Positions 50,493 to 59,892 of a stretch of DNA of 64,000 bases are shown here, piece after piece; within the stretch, counting starts at the first letter, position 1, and the number at the start of each line of letters is the position of its first letter. A program made the translations under genes and the position numbers. This DNA comes from an uncultured Chlamydiae bacterium (GTDB taxonomy: Bacteria; Chlamydiota; Chlamydiia; Chlamydiales; SM23-39): contig CAWHDP010000002.1 in NCBI GenBank assembly GCA_963828125.1, positions 576,001 to 640,000 on the forward strand. Reading direction: 5' to 3'. Under the pieces are notes generated by a model, which was not told the DNA's origin, ran no database searches, and was given only the letters and a program-made list of their open reading frames with translations.

Positions 50493-52055
50493 CAGCAGCT
50501 CCCGCGAAAAGTGGGAGCTGCGAAAAATATAGAGATTTTTTAAACGCCTAAAATTTTTAGACAACCTCCTCCGATAGACCATCGTCCCGTCTTCAGAAAT
50601 TCAGAAAATACACCCTCTTGAACCAAAGATCCTTTTGAACTTTATTCTCTAGGAAGTATTCGCTAGTTCTACGAACCTTACCCCGCGCCTTTTACCCATT
50701 GCGGCATATAAAGCAGCCCATGAGTCAACGTGGAACTCTAAAACATACATGCGCAATTTTTCCCAAAATCGAGTCTTTCTTTTTGCCCTTTCGAGCGCTT
50801 CTTGCAATAGGCCACAACATCTTTGTTGTACCTGATCAATCAAAAACGCCAAAAACATAAGCAGCCCGAAGACATGACTCAGGTGCTTGTAGCCATGTCC
50901 AAAATTGTGTTCAAACTGATAGCCTTGGTTCTTGAGGGTGTTAAATGTCTCATTCTCAATGTGCCATCTCGCTCTACCTGCCCTTGCAAGGGGATATACG
51001 TTGTCTTGTGTAACTAACAGATCGGTGATCCATGAGAAATGGGTCACTTTGCCTTTTTTATCGCGTATCACGCAATCAATAAAATTAACCGACAGATCGT
51101 GATTCGAATCATTTAGTGGAACGCCATTATAAAACTGCACTTCGATCGATTCCTTTTTAGTTGTGATGGTCTTTTTTTCTAAAGGAACTCCCTTCAACCA
51201 TTCAAAAAGACTCGGATTGCCCGTAGGGTTGACGTTGACTATAAAGTGAGCCCCTATCTCTAAGATACGTCGAAGAGACGGTCCTTTTGCGCTTAATGCA
51301 TCCTCCGTAAAAATCGCCTCGAGGCGAGGATGTTCTCGCTGAAAGTCTACTAAAAGTCGTTTCATAGCATTCTGTTCACAATCGTTCTTACTAGATCCAT
51401 CGGCTTTTGAAATGGGTTCTGGACATAGAGGAAAAACTTCTTTCTGGTCGGGATGTACTACAACAGCCCCCAGCATTTGGTGATAATAGGTGATCTGCCC
51501 ATCCTTATGATGTTTTTCACAGCAGTTCTCACAATGAACGGTGTTGGAGGAAAACATTCCTGTGCCATCGCAAGCAATCACCAGATATTTACCTAGGATT
51601 TTATAATCATCCAACACCTTCCCTCGTTGAAGGAGAGAAAAAACAGAAGTAAAAGCCGGCCTGAGAGCTCTTGGGTCCACCTCATCCAATCTCGCTCTCA
51701 TAGAGGTGTCGCAGGGTGCGTCATTGACGCCGTAAAGGGTTTTGAGGTTATGTCTGAGTGCTGCCTCTTCCTGAGAATCATCGAATTGAAGAAGGGAAGG
51801 GAATTTTAATCCGAAAACAGCCAACCCAGACATCAAACAGTCTGACAGGGGAATCCGTGCTTTCACGCCCCGTGGACTTTTTTGTGGTTCTGGAACTTCT
51901 TCGAAAATAGAACGCACTTTTTGCAACATCCCGGTTGCGGAGAGTTGCTTTTTCTCAACGGAATGAATACCCATAGCCTTTTCTTAACCTTTGCGAAAAA
52001 ATAGTTAAAAAAAGAGTCTACCTCATTGCGAAAATTTATTTAACGGGAATTGCTG
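50493..52055 (-). mobile_element. Insertion sequence with DDE transposase (ISNCY-like)
   Basis: Inverted ends CAGCAGCTCCCG / CGGGAATTGCTG; no matching TSD. Confidence 0.8.
50649..51974 (-). CDS. DDE transposase
   Basis: IACDGTG, TEDAL, RARWHIENETFNTLKNQGY.FEHNFGHG. Confidence 0.92.
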   Translation of the reverse strand: MGIHSVEKKQLSATGMLQKVRSIFEEVPEPQKSPRGVKARIPLSDCLMSGLAVFGLKFPSLLQFDDSQEEAALRHNLKTLYGVNDAPCDTSMRARLDEVDPRALRPAFTSVFSLLQRGKVLDDYKILGKYLVIACDGTGMFSSNTVHCENCCEKHHKDGQITYYHQMLGAVVVHPDQKEVFPLCPEPISKADGSSKNDCEQNAMKRLLVDFQREHPRLEAIFTEDALSAKGPSLRRILEIGAHFIVNVNPTGNPSLFEWLKGVPLEKKTITTKKESIEVQFYNGVPLNDSNHDLSVNFIDCVIRDKKGKVTHFSWITDLLVTQDNVYPLARAGRARWHIENETFNTLKNQGYQFEHNFGHGYKHLSHVFGLLMFLAFLIDQVQQRCCGLLQEALERAKRKTRFWEKLRMYVLEFHVDSWAALYAAMGKRRGVRFVELANTS

Positions 52056-52080
52056 CTTGATCGGATTAAAAGGCAGGAGA

Positions 52081-52298
52081 TATGTGCATGCCAATATGGT
52101 TATGAACCTGGCCACAAGAGCTAGGGAAATCTTTAAAAGTTCTGAAGTGGACGAAAAACGTCAACTTTTAGATTTAGTATTTCAGAACTTGCAATTGAAA
52201 GACGGAAATCTCTCATTTTCAGTGAGATAACCGTTCTTAACGATGATGGATTTTAAGAATCGTCCGAAAGAATGGGGGCGGCTGGACGGATTCAGAAC
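52081..52298 (+). pseudogene. Large serine recombinase, C-terminal remnant
   Basis: Manual translation ..LATRAREIFKSSEVDEKRQLLDLVFQNLQLKDG..*PF..EWGRLDGFR, typical of large serine recombinase tails; rest removed at the IS end. Confidence 0.7.
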
Positions 52299-52845
52299 GT
52301 GCGACACGAGGTCGCTGGAGGGAATTGTCTTGAGACCACTCCTTATGCGCGCGGTCAAAACGGAAAACCTGATCAAATACCTGAATGTGAAAATTCAGGG
52401 GTGGGTCAATTATTACGGCACTGCGTAGCAAAAGCGACGTTTAACTACTTAGACAATAGCATATTCTGGATAGTTTGGAAGTGGGCCAAAAGGCGACATC
52501 AGAACAGGGGGGCATCCTGGATCCGGAAAAGGTATTACACTACCTTGGGACTCAGAAAGTGGTGCTTCTACTCGAAGGTGAAAGCGGGAAAACAAGAATC
52601 CCGTATTCTTCTCACTCTGGCACAACGCACGAAGATCGAAAGACACGTGAAGGTCAGGTCGGAAGCTTCGCCGTATGATCCCGATTTTAAGGAATATTTC
52701 ATAAAACGGAAAGGAGAAAAGATGAGAAAAAAAAATGATAGCTGGGTGATATGAGCCTTAAGAGAGGCTTGAGCCGTATGATGGGAAACTATCACGTACG
52801 GTTCTTAGAGGAGGAAACTAGGGCAACCTAGTTTCCTTACTCAAC
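52299..52845 (+). mobile_element. Group II intron, internally deleted
   Basis: 5' GTGCG; domain V GAGCCGTATGATGGGAAACTATCACGTACGGTTC (52771-52804); domain VI hairpin ending AC; only the maturase X region of the ORF remains (LNVKIQGWVNYY / RHCVAKATF..WKWAKRRH). Confidence 0.9.
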
Positions 52846-52847
52846 TT

Positions 52848-53333
52848 TTGATTGGCAGAAATTTTCCTCGTTACGTTACCATTTGCCAAAAGATTTCCTC
52901 ACAAATAGGCAATATGGTCAGATTGTACCGTTGGCTTCCGATCATGCTCGCCTATACCGCTGCTGACAGCGCTCAGCCTCCAGCTGTCGTTCATTATGAG
53001 CCAAGCATTGTACAGCTGACGGGAACTTTGAAAGAGTGCGTTTGCCCAGGACCTCCCGAATACGAAAACATAGAAATGGGAGATGCTCCAGAACATATTT
53101 TTGTATTGATGTTGGATCATCCCGTACATGTAAGAGAGCTCGAACCTAAAAAAGATTTTTTAGATGAACCCGAAGATAACGTTACTGAAATTCAAGTTGC
53201 AGCTTCTTCAAGCGAAGTACAACCAATTCTAGGTAAACATGTTAAAATCTCAGGCACGTTATTCCATGCCATTACGGCTCATCACAGAACAGAAGTCATC
53301 ATGATCAATGACTCCATGAATATAATAGAGTAA
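52848..53333 (+). CDS. DUF4431-like exported protein (true start probably downstream)
   Basis: LTGTL..PGPPEY..LMLDHP..GTLFHAITAHHRT. Confidence 0.65.
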   Translation: MIGRNFPRYVTICQKISSQIGNMVRLYRWLPIMLAYTAADSAQPPAVVHYEPSIVQLTGTLKECVCPGPPEYENIEMGDAPEHIFVLMLDHPVHVRELEPKKDFLDEPEDNVTEIQVAASSSEVQPILGKHVKISGTLFHAITAHHRTEVIMINDSMNIIE

Positions 53334-53408
53334 AATTTAAACATGGAAATCGTTGATTGCTTAACAAAAACGCCTTATAATTGACTCCTACATAACGAGG
53401 TAGATTTT

Positions 53409-53817
53409 ATGGCGAACAAAAAGTACGTCTGGATTAAAGCCGAAGGAAATGCTGACCAGTCCATTACGTACCATGACCAAGATGGCAATAAGTTAACCCG
53501 CTATCTCGATCCAAAGGCTAAAAATCCACCGAGAGGAACTAAATCTTGGCGCCACCAAAACCCTGGAAATATTAATCATGGCGATTTTTCTAAGCGTCAC
53601 GGAGAAATTGGGTTCGCCTGTTATCCAAGCCCCTACGATCCTAAGAAAAAAAATCTGTTTTGCCATCTTCCCTGACTATGAAACAGGTAGACTTGCATTC
53701 GCAGCGCTTCTGAAAACGGAAAGATTCATTGATCTGACCCTAAATCAGTTTCCTCGATTCTATACAGGCCTTCTTAAAGATAGCCTGCCGGACACCACCT
53801 CAATCTATGCCAGATAA
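53409..53817 (+). pseudogene. NPGN-motif lysozyme-like protein, frameshifted and truncated
   Basis: SWRHQNPGNI, frameshift at an A-run near 53650, then FAIFPDYETGRLAF; similar to the N-terminus of 15714..17171. Confidence 0.6.
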
Positions 53818-53946
53818 AGTTGTTGGAGTGAAATTCTTAAAACACAAAGCCACAGAATTTCTAGTATACTTGGTGCAGCTGATATAAATTCGTCTTAAAA
53901 CACCTTTTGAAAAATAGATAATTAACATCAAATTTGCTATCAATAG

Positions 53947-54102
53947 GCCAGTCTTAAAAAAGAACTTGTCGATGAAATATTAAGCCTATCAAAAACCCGC
54001 ATGATACGGCAGACATTGGCTGATAAACTTGATATCGGGGTAGCTACTGTATATAGGGCATTGAAAGAACCTGGCAATAAAGACAATTACAAGAACCTCT
54101 AA
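53947..54102 (+). pseudogene. Resolvase-type HTH remnant
   Basis: Manual translation ..LADKLDIGVATVYRALK.. Confidence 0.5.
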
Positions 54103-54148
54103 ACCAAAGATTTACTGTCTCTTTCCCCCTTTTTATTTAAGCAGAATC

Positions 54149-54178
54149 TTGACATCATGTAACCATATAGGTTACAAT
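54149..54178 (+). promoter_or_regulatory. Sigma70-type promoter overlapped by a palindromic operator
   Basis: TTGACA-N18-TACAAT with TGTAACC-N5-GGTTACA (54158-54176) upstream of higB. Confidence 0.75.
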
Positions 54179-54199
54179 TAAAAGAAATATGGAAATGTA

Positions 54200-54481
54200 G
54201 TGCCGATAAAGTCGTTTAAGCACAAAGGACTGAAGAAGTTCTTTGAAACCGATAGTAAATCTGGAATTCAGCCGGCACATGCGAAAAGGATTGGGCTTAT
54301 TTTAGACTTGCTGGATGGCGCTCTGATAGCCCAAGATATGAATTTTCCTGGCTCAGATTTCCACTTGTTGAAGGGAAATTTAAAGAATTTTTACTCCGTT
54401 CATGTGAATGGTAATTGGACAATTATCTTTCGGTTTGAAAATGGAGATGCTAATGATGTGGACCTAATAGACTATCACTAA
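54200..54481 (+). CDS. higB: HigB-like toxin
   Basis: IKSFKHKGLKKFFE..HLLKG..YSVHVNGNWTIIFRF..DLIDYH. Confidence 0.9.
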   Translation: MPIKSFKHKGLKKFFETDSKSGIQPAHAKRIGLILDLLDGALIAQDMNFPGSDFHLLKGNLKNFYSVHVNGNWTIIFRFENGDANDVDLIDYH

Positions 54482-54492
54482 AACGAGGATTT

Positions 54493-54837
54493 ATGATTAG
54501 AAAAAGAAAACCTTCGCATCCCGGAGAAATCCTTGATGATCTGTATATCAAACCTCTTAATTTAAATTTGCAAAAACTTGCAGATAGACTTGGGATCGCG
54601 CGCAACACTTTGTTTAAGATTCGGACCGGATTAGCAAGCGTAACTCCTGCTATTGCGCTTTCATTAGCAGAAGCTTTTGACACTACGCCCCAGCTGTGGA
54701 TTAACTTACAAACGAATTATGATTTGTGGATTGAAGCGAAAGAACACGAACATGTTCGCCCCATCGTAAAAAATGGCGAACTTCTTCCAAGCGAAAGGAA
54801 TATCCAAATCGCCGCAAGCCCACGAAGCCATAAATGA
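54493..54837 (+). CDS. higA: HigA antitoxin
   Basis: HPGEIL..LA..LGI..TPAIALSL..TTPQLWINLQTNYDLW. Confidence 0.92.
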   Translation: MIRKRKPSHPGEILDDLYIKPLNLNLQKLADRLGIARNTLFKIRTGLASVTPAIALSLAEAFDTTPQLWINLQTNYDLWIEAKEHEHVRPIVKNGELLPSERNIQIAASPRSHK

Positions 54838-54956
54838 GCGCACAAAACAAATCAGTAAGAAAAGAGTTTTCGGCTTGGCCTTGAGTTAAAGGTAAGCTTG
54901 CAGAAACGTCCTAGAGTCCTCACAACCAGCGTTATTCACATCAAACGTAACCAATG

Positions 54957-55244
54957 CTAAAAACTCCCCCGAAATTGCCCTGCACCCTTGAATTGGCGAG
55001 GATCAATTGAATTGATATGCTTAAAGCGCCCAAGAGATGCGCCTTCAAGCGATCCGATAGGCTCCTTCATGGAAATTCTGTTCCCAAAGTATGAGAAAAC
55101 ACTGTAGCGCAAGGCATCAATCGCTTGGTCCGCCCTTTTGATGGGGGCGTCTTCGCCCCGTTCTGCTGCTTTTGGGTCCCAGCAATATCCTTGTATCTCT
55201 CCAATCAAGTTACGGCAATTGCGACAAATCTTTAAATCCCCCAT
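54957..55244 (-). pseudogene. Phage terminase large subunit, C-terminal fragment
   Basis: CRNLIGEIQGYCWD..GEDAPIKRADQAIDALRY resembles the PBSX-type terminase nuclease end. Confidence 0.65.
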
Positions 55245-55577
55245 TGAAAGATACGAGGAGGAGGAAATGCTGCTTCTACGGGCTTATTACAAGAGCGGGC
55301 GTTGGAATCTGTTAAAAAAGATGGCTTATGAGGGAGGTTTGTCCTATGCAGCGTAGCTTTTTAGGCGGCTACCCAGAAAATGGGAATGCGCCCTGTCCAA
55401 CAGCCAAAATTAACTCCTTATTTTTCCCTGTCAAAGTCTCAGTACTCTTATTCAAGGGTATCAATTCTCGATCTCGACGTAAAATATACTGACGCAGAGG
55501 GAAAATTCTGTTAATTAGGAGACGAGCTTCTTCTATCTGACTGCTGTCAGAAGCAACAACCACTGCTATCATGATCA

Positions 55578-55874
55578 TCAAGCCAAACTGATTTTTAAAT
55601 GTCTACCAAGAGCGCGGGCAGCTTTTGCGAATGTCCGCAGCGTAGATGGGCATTCGGGATCTAAAATGCGATCAACAGCAGACCGACTTGTTTCCATCCG
55701 TTCGGCAAGTTCTGCTTTATCGATTCCCTGTTTCTTCATCTCTTTTTCCATTTGAAAAACGAAAATCTTTTTGGCGACTACTTCTTCGATTTCTTCCAAG
55801 ATTCCCTCTTCTTTTAAGAAATCATCAAAATTGGAGCCAATATGCTTGTTTTTTTTCATATTCATCCTCTCCAA
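55578..55874 (-). CDS. XRE-family HTH antitoxin
   Basis: HIGSNFDDFLKEEG..KAELAERMETSRSAVDRILDP..TLRT. Confidence 0.85.
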   Translation of the reverse strand: MERMNMKKNKHIGSNFDDFLKEEGILEEIEEVVAKKIFVFQMEKEMKKQGIDKAELAERMETSRSAVDRILDPECPSTLRTFAKAARALGRHLKISLA

Positions 55875-56219
55875 ACCTCTTTTGCTCTTTTTAACCCTAT
55901 CTCTAAATCCTGGGAAGGCGTCTTCTGCGTCTTCTTAATAAATCCATGCACCAAAACCATTTGTCCCCCATGCATTACAAAGAGAACCCTGGCAATTGTA
56001 TTCGGAAGAGTACTGCGCACTTCCCACAATCCCTTTCCTAAATTCCTAACAAGGGGCATACCCAAAGGCCATCCTTCTTGCACCATTTTGATATCCTCTC
56101 CGATCGCGCGCCTTTCCCCCCTTCTTTAAGGATTTTAACCATTCCCTGACCGGTTCCTTTCCATTTTCTTGCTTATAGAAGTCAACAGAGATAATTTTTC
56201 GGGGCGCTAAATCAGACAT
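55862..56219 (-). pseudogene. RelE/Gp49-like toxin with a frameshift in a G-run
   Basis: FYKQENGKEPVREWLKSL, shift near 56116-56121, then IGEDIKMVQEGWPLGMPLVR..GLWEVRS..HGFIKKTQKTP. Confidence 0.8.
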
Positions 56220-56254
56220 GACGTCCTTTTACCTTCAAATTCTAACACTGATTT

Positions 56255-56268
56255 TACCAAATTTGGTA
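56255..56268. promoter_or_regulatory. Perfect palindrome, putative TA operator
   Basis: TACCAAATTTGGTA about 35 bp upstream of the toxin start. Confidence 0.55.
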
Positions 56269-56343
56269 CAAAAAAAAGCAAGAGCCTGATATTTCAGAAC
56301 TCTAACCCATTCAAATAAAACATATTAAAATTTCGTGTCCGGA

Positions 56344-56382
56344 GAATGGGGGCGGCTGGACCCATTCAGAACTTTTGACTGG
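56344..56382 (+). repeat. Serine-recombinase att-like repeat, copy 2
   Basis: GAATGGGGGCGGCTGGACCCATTCAGAACTTTTGACTGG; compare 52270-52298 + 52846-52855 and 57168-57203. Confidence 0.8.
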
Positions 56383-56495
56383 GCAAAGCTATCAAACACT
56401 CTGGGTTTCAAACACTTTCCTGTTCATCAACAATTCGAGAGGCTAGTCAAGAGATAATATTCCTGTCAGAAGCATTACTCCTAGCATGCTATTTT

Positions 56496-56909
56496 TCAGA
56501 CAACCTCAAGCTTCGGTGTAAAATTAGAAGGACTGTAAATTGAATTCCTTTGAACATCTGGATTCATCCGTTGTCTATCATTCAGCTCTCTTTCCCAATT
56601 TTCCTTATTGTTTAGGGCATCAGAAGCAGCATCTACAACCATCGCAGTCCCAGATAAAATTAGCGCAGTGCTAGTTCCTGCGCTGAATGGAGCAGCCAAA
56701 ACGCCTACAAGAATTTGACCTACACCAAACCAATATTTCAATTTCACTCCACTAGGCTGCTCTTGTTTGCATAAGCGAGCCATTCCTATAAAACCAACCT
56801 GTTCTACGGAAGAAGCAGGCAAAGCTTTATGATACACCTGGAGGACAAAACTCATCATAGGATCGGAAAGCTCTTCAGCAGAAGGCACCCCGCTAGTATA
56901 GATCCCCAA
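56496..56909 (-). CDS. Hypothetical protein fragment with a Gly/Ala-rich hydrophobic hairpin
   Basis: ORF with WFGVGQILVGVLAAPFSAG..; start uncertain, probably 5'-truncated. Confidence 0.4.
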   Translation of the reverse strand: MGIYTSGVPSAEELSDPMMSFVLQVYHKALPASSVEQVGFIGMARLCKQEQPSGVKLKYWFGVGQILVGVLAAPFSAGTSTALILSGTAMVVDAASDALNNKENWERELNDRQRMNPDVQRNSIYSPSNFTPKLEVV

Positions 56910-57055
56910 AGAAGCGCAATTCCTTTGCGCATTTTTTTTGAGTCATTCATCTGCCAAGCTGTTTTTAGCATTAATATGCTGGGAGGTAACGCAAAAAACG
57001 AAAACAATAAAAGCCCTAAACGGACTATAGAAAAAACGATGTATCCTTGTTCCAT
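56855..57055 (-). CDS. Small membrane protein
   Basis: 66 aa, two hydrophobic segments, AGGA upstream of ATG. Confidence 0.45.
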   Translation of the reverse strand: MEQGYIVFSIVRLGLLLFSFFALPPSILMLKTAWQMNDSKKMRKGIALLWGSILAGCLLLKSFPIL

Positions 57056-57167
57056 GAAAATCCTATCTTTGAGGAAGAGAAATATATAGAAACAAAAATT
57101 ATATTGTCAAACCATCACAAAAAAATAAATTCATATCTCTTTGAAGATAAGTAGATTGAAAGAACTT

Positions 57168-57203
57168 TGGGGGCGGTTGGACGGATTCAGAACTTTTGAT
57201 TGG
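57168..57203 (+). repeat. Serine-recombinase att-like repeat, copy 3
   Basis: TGGGGGCGGTTGGACGGATTCAGAACTTTTGATTGG. Confidence 0.8.
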
Positions 57204-57466
57204 AGAAAGTTACAAGACAATAATCGTCATTTGAACTGGCTGTTCCTTCAAAAAATAATAGTTTCGACTGGAGCGGTTTGCAAATGAGTCTTCCATCGCC
57301 GAGAAAAAAATTCCGAAACATCACAATAAGGATTCCTAGCCAAACAGATCTTAAATCGAAGATCGTCATTTCCTAATGCGATAGCTTGGAATTCCGCAAT
57401 GGACAAAGTAGTCTGTATACAGCTTTCTGAAATCGAAACCGCTGCCACAGCTTCTTGCTAGCTTTT

Positions 57467-58750
57467 TTAAGGAGCTTCGTAAGCTGTGTATTTCAGTGAT
57501 TTTCCCCGACATTTATCCGTTGGGTACTTTTGTTTCATTTTCTCAAACTTTTGATACGCGGCTTCAATTGGATCGATCTTGAGCTTATGAGAAAGATAGA
57601 GAACGGCTTTAAACACATCAGCAATTTCGTCTCGAACTTCTTGCAACGTCTTCGAGTCCGGATGGTAACTTTGCTCTTCACTCATCCATCGAAATAAATC
57701 CAAAAGTTCACCTGCTTCTGAAGCAAGATCCATCACTAGGTTTTTCGGAGAGTGAAACGGCTCCCATTGACGTTCTTGATAAAACTCAAGCAAAGATGTT
57801 AAGACTTTCTCATGAGGCACTTGCAGTTTTATCTCCGTTCTCCTCAAACGAGGAATAAATTCACTAAACGCATCTTTTACCGCCTTTGGATTTTCCACCC
57901 AGCCCATATGCCCAGCATCTTCTATAAAAAGTATTTTGATGTTGGGACGATGAAATCGTTGGTCTTTTTCAAAAAGAGAAAAAGGACAAATGCAATCATA
58001 CTTGCCACCGACAATTAAGGTAGGAGTTTGGTTAGGAATCCAACTGGCAGAAAAATTAAGCTCTATTGCTTTTCTCTGCCACCAAACTGCAGGCTGCCAT
58101 TGGAAAGGAACGTGAGAAAGCAATTCTCTCCCCCTTTCTAAAGTCTCCTTTGGAAAATAGTACGGTAGGCAAGCACTCAAGGCAGTATTGAAAGTTTCTT
58201 GATTTGGATGGAGGGTAAACTCCGTCATTTCCTGCGTTAAATCAGGCACATCAAACTGCTTAGAATAGTTTACCGCTTCTTCTAGCCATAAGGTTGGCGC
58301 AGCATTCAAAATGACAAACCCTTCGAGGTAATTTTCCAGCTCTGGAAACATCAAAGGAAACATCCCTCCAAATGAATGACCTACTAATACAGGATGATCA
58401 AATCGTCTGACAATCTCAGGAAAAAGTTCAATCCATTGATCAAAATTTTCTGCAAAATCATTCGGTACATTCGCTCCATTTCCAGGCAAATCGATGAGCC
58501 ACACGTTTCCAGGCAAATCTAATTGATCGACTAAACTTTTAAGATAACTTGAGTCCGCCCCTGGTCCGCCAGGAAAAAATAGCCAGTTGTACGGTTGCCC
58601 ACCATTTGTTTGATACAACTCATAACGAACCTGATTTGAATCATAAGAATAGTGGCTCATTTTTGGTCTCTCGTTTAAATTTTGTATTTCTGAACACAGC
58701 ATCATTGGAATGGCCAAATAACATAGTAGGGAAAATATTCTTGTCTTCAT
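57467..58750 (-). CDS. Alpha/beta hydrolase fused to a MazG-like nucleotide pyrophosphohydrolase
   Basis: PGGPG, GHSFGG, GKYD, AGH; then ERQWEPFHSPKNL..EAGEL..DEIADV. Confidence 0.85.
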   Translation of the reverse strand: MKTRIFSLLCYLAIPMMLCSEIQNLNERPKMSHYSYDSNQVRYELYQTNGGQPYNWLFFPGGPGADSSYLKSLVDQLDLPGNVWLIDLPGNGANVPNDFAENFDQWIELFPEIVRRFDHPVLVGHSFGGMFPLMFPELENYLEGFVILNAAPTLWLEEAVNYSKQFDVPDLTQEMTEFTLHPNQETFNTALSACLPYYFPKETLERGRELLSHVPFQWQPAVWWQRKAIELNFSASWIPNQTPTLIVGGKYDCICPFSLFEKDQRFHRPNIKILFIEDAGHMGWVENPKAVKDAFSEFIPRLRRTEIKLQVPHEKVLTSLLEFYQERQWEPFHSPKNLVMDLASEAGELLDLFRWMSEEQSYHPDSKTLQEVRDEIADVFKAVLYLSHKLKIDPIEAAYQKFEKMKQKYPTDKCRGKSLKYTAYEAP

Positions 58751-59211
58751 TTTTCAATCGCTATCAATATATCTACTTCTTTTGAAGTTCCTGAAAACTT
58801 GTGGCCGTAAACCTCATAATCCCCTGCATAGGTCCGCTTTAAATCTGAACGCCAAATATTACCCCAGGTATCGATTAGACTTTTGGGGAAATCACCCACG
58901 GCGCAATAAAGAGCAAAAGTTGACTCCGGAACTGTCTTACCAACCATTCCGTCAGGAATTGCCTCTAAAGAATTCACAACACACCCAATCACGCAAGAAT
59001 AGGGTTGGGTGTAATCCCCTTCATAGTCACAGTAGAGAGCAATTACTTCATCTGAAGCCTTGTTGGGAATCTTACTCTGGATATTTTCTGCATAAAATTT
59101 TTGCCAAAGCTGAGGAATATCCTGCGAGCCTGCATTAGGATCATTTGAAGTGCGACATTCAATGCCGACAACCATCATTCGAGGCTTGTGAACCTTTGTA
59201 AAATTTTGCAT
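58747..59211 (-). CDS. GyrI-like small-molecule-binding protein
   Basis: VVGIECRTSN..IPQLWQKF..ALYCDYEGD..WGNIW..RTYAGDYEVY. Confidence 0.85.
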   Translation of the reverse strand: MQNFTKVHKPRMMVVGIECRTSNDPNAGSQDIPQLWQKFYAENIQSKIPNKASDEVIALYCDYEGDYTQPYSCVIGCVVNSLEAIPDGMVGKTVPESTFALYCAVGDFPKSLIDTWGNIWRSDLKRTYAGDYEVYGHKFSGTSKEVDILIAIEK

Positions 59212-59384
59212 TAGTCGTTCCTTGTTAGTATTTATTTCTTCTGCTGATTTATGGGCCTATAGAATGAATAATTGACTTCTGTCTCAAGGAAAAAGTGGGA
59301 CAGGGGTTGGACAAATCTGATAGTCAATCGATTGCCTGACCTTCTTTTTTGATCTTATTTCACTCATTTTTTACCTATGGAAAA

Positions 59385-59466
59385 TGGGGGCGGGCGGACT
59401 CGAACCGCCGAAAACCGAAGTTGGGGGATTTACAGTCCCCTGCAATTGCCGCTATGCGACACCCCC
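59385..59466 (-). tRNA. tRNA-Tyr(GTA)
   Basis: Full cloverleaf with long variable arm; anticodon loop CTGTAAA; GGTTCGAGTCC. Confidence 0.97.
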
Positions 59467-59481
59467 AGAAATGGGAAATTT

Positions 59482-59553
59482 TGCTGGCGAAAGGAATTGA
59501 ACCCTCAACCATCCGATTACAAGTCGGGCGCTCTACCATTGAGCTACGCCAGC
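59482..59553 (-). tRNA. tRNA-Thr(TGT)
   Basis: GCTGGCG acceptor stem, loop CTTGTAA, GGTTCAATTCC. Confidence 0.97.
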
Positions 59554-59568
59554 AAAGAAAGAAACACT

Positions 59569-59820
59569 TTAACAAATCTCCTCTTTTTCGTGGGAATTTT
59601 GTTCTCCCTTCTCCGCCGGAGGCATCGGTTTCTTCGGCGTTTCAGCCAGACGAGCCTGAAAAAGCGATGTCATATTCACCGCTTTCTTAATTTGCATCGC
59701 GCTCTCAGGATCCACCTTCGTAGCCATAAACCGACCCCCCAGCATCTTGCTCTCGCAACACTTCTTAAATTTTTTACCAGACCCACAGGAACAAGGGTCG
59801 TTTCGCCCAATTTTCTTCAT
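59569..59820 (-). CDS. SEC-C metal-binding motif protein
   Basis: [19 protein letters not shown]. Confidence 0.9.
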   Translation of the reverse strand: MKKIGRNDPCSCGSGKKFKKCCESKMLGGRFMATKVDPESAMQIKKAVNMTSLFQARLAETPKKPMPPAEKGEQNSHEKEEIC

Positions 59821-59892
59821 AAGTGCTTTCTATTCAATTTTAATGCACCCTATTGTATCATCAGGAAATCAAAAAAGTCTAGCGATTCTGTT

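Noticed and set aside
59377..59892. Long N-terminal extension of TtcA
   Set aside because: It runs antisense across two tRNAs and the SEC-C gene; ATG 59893 is the plausible start.
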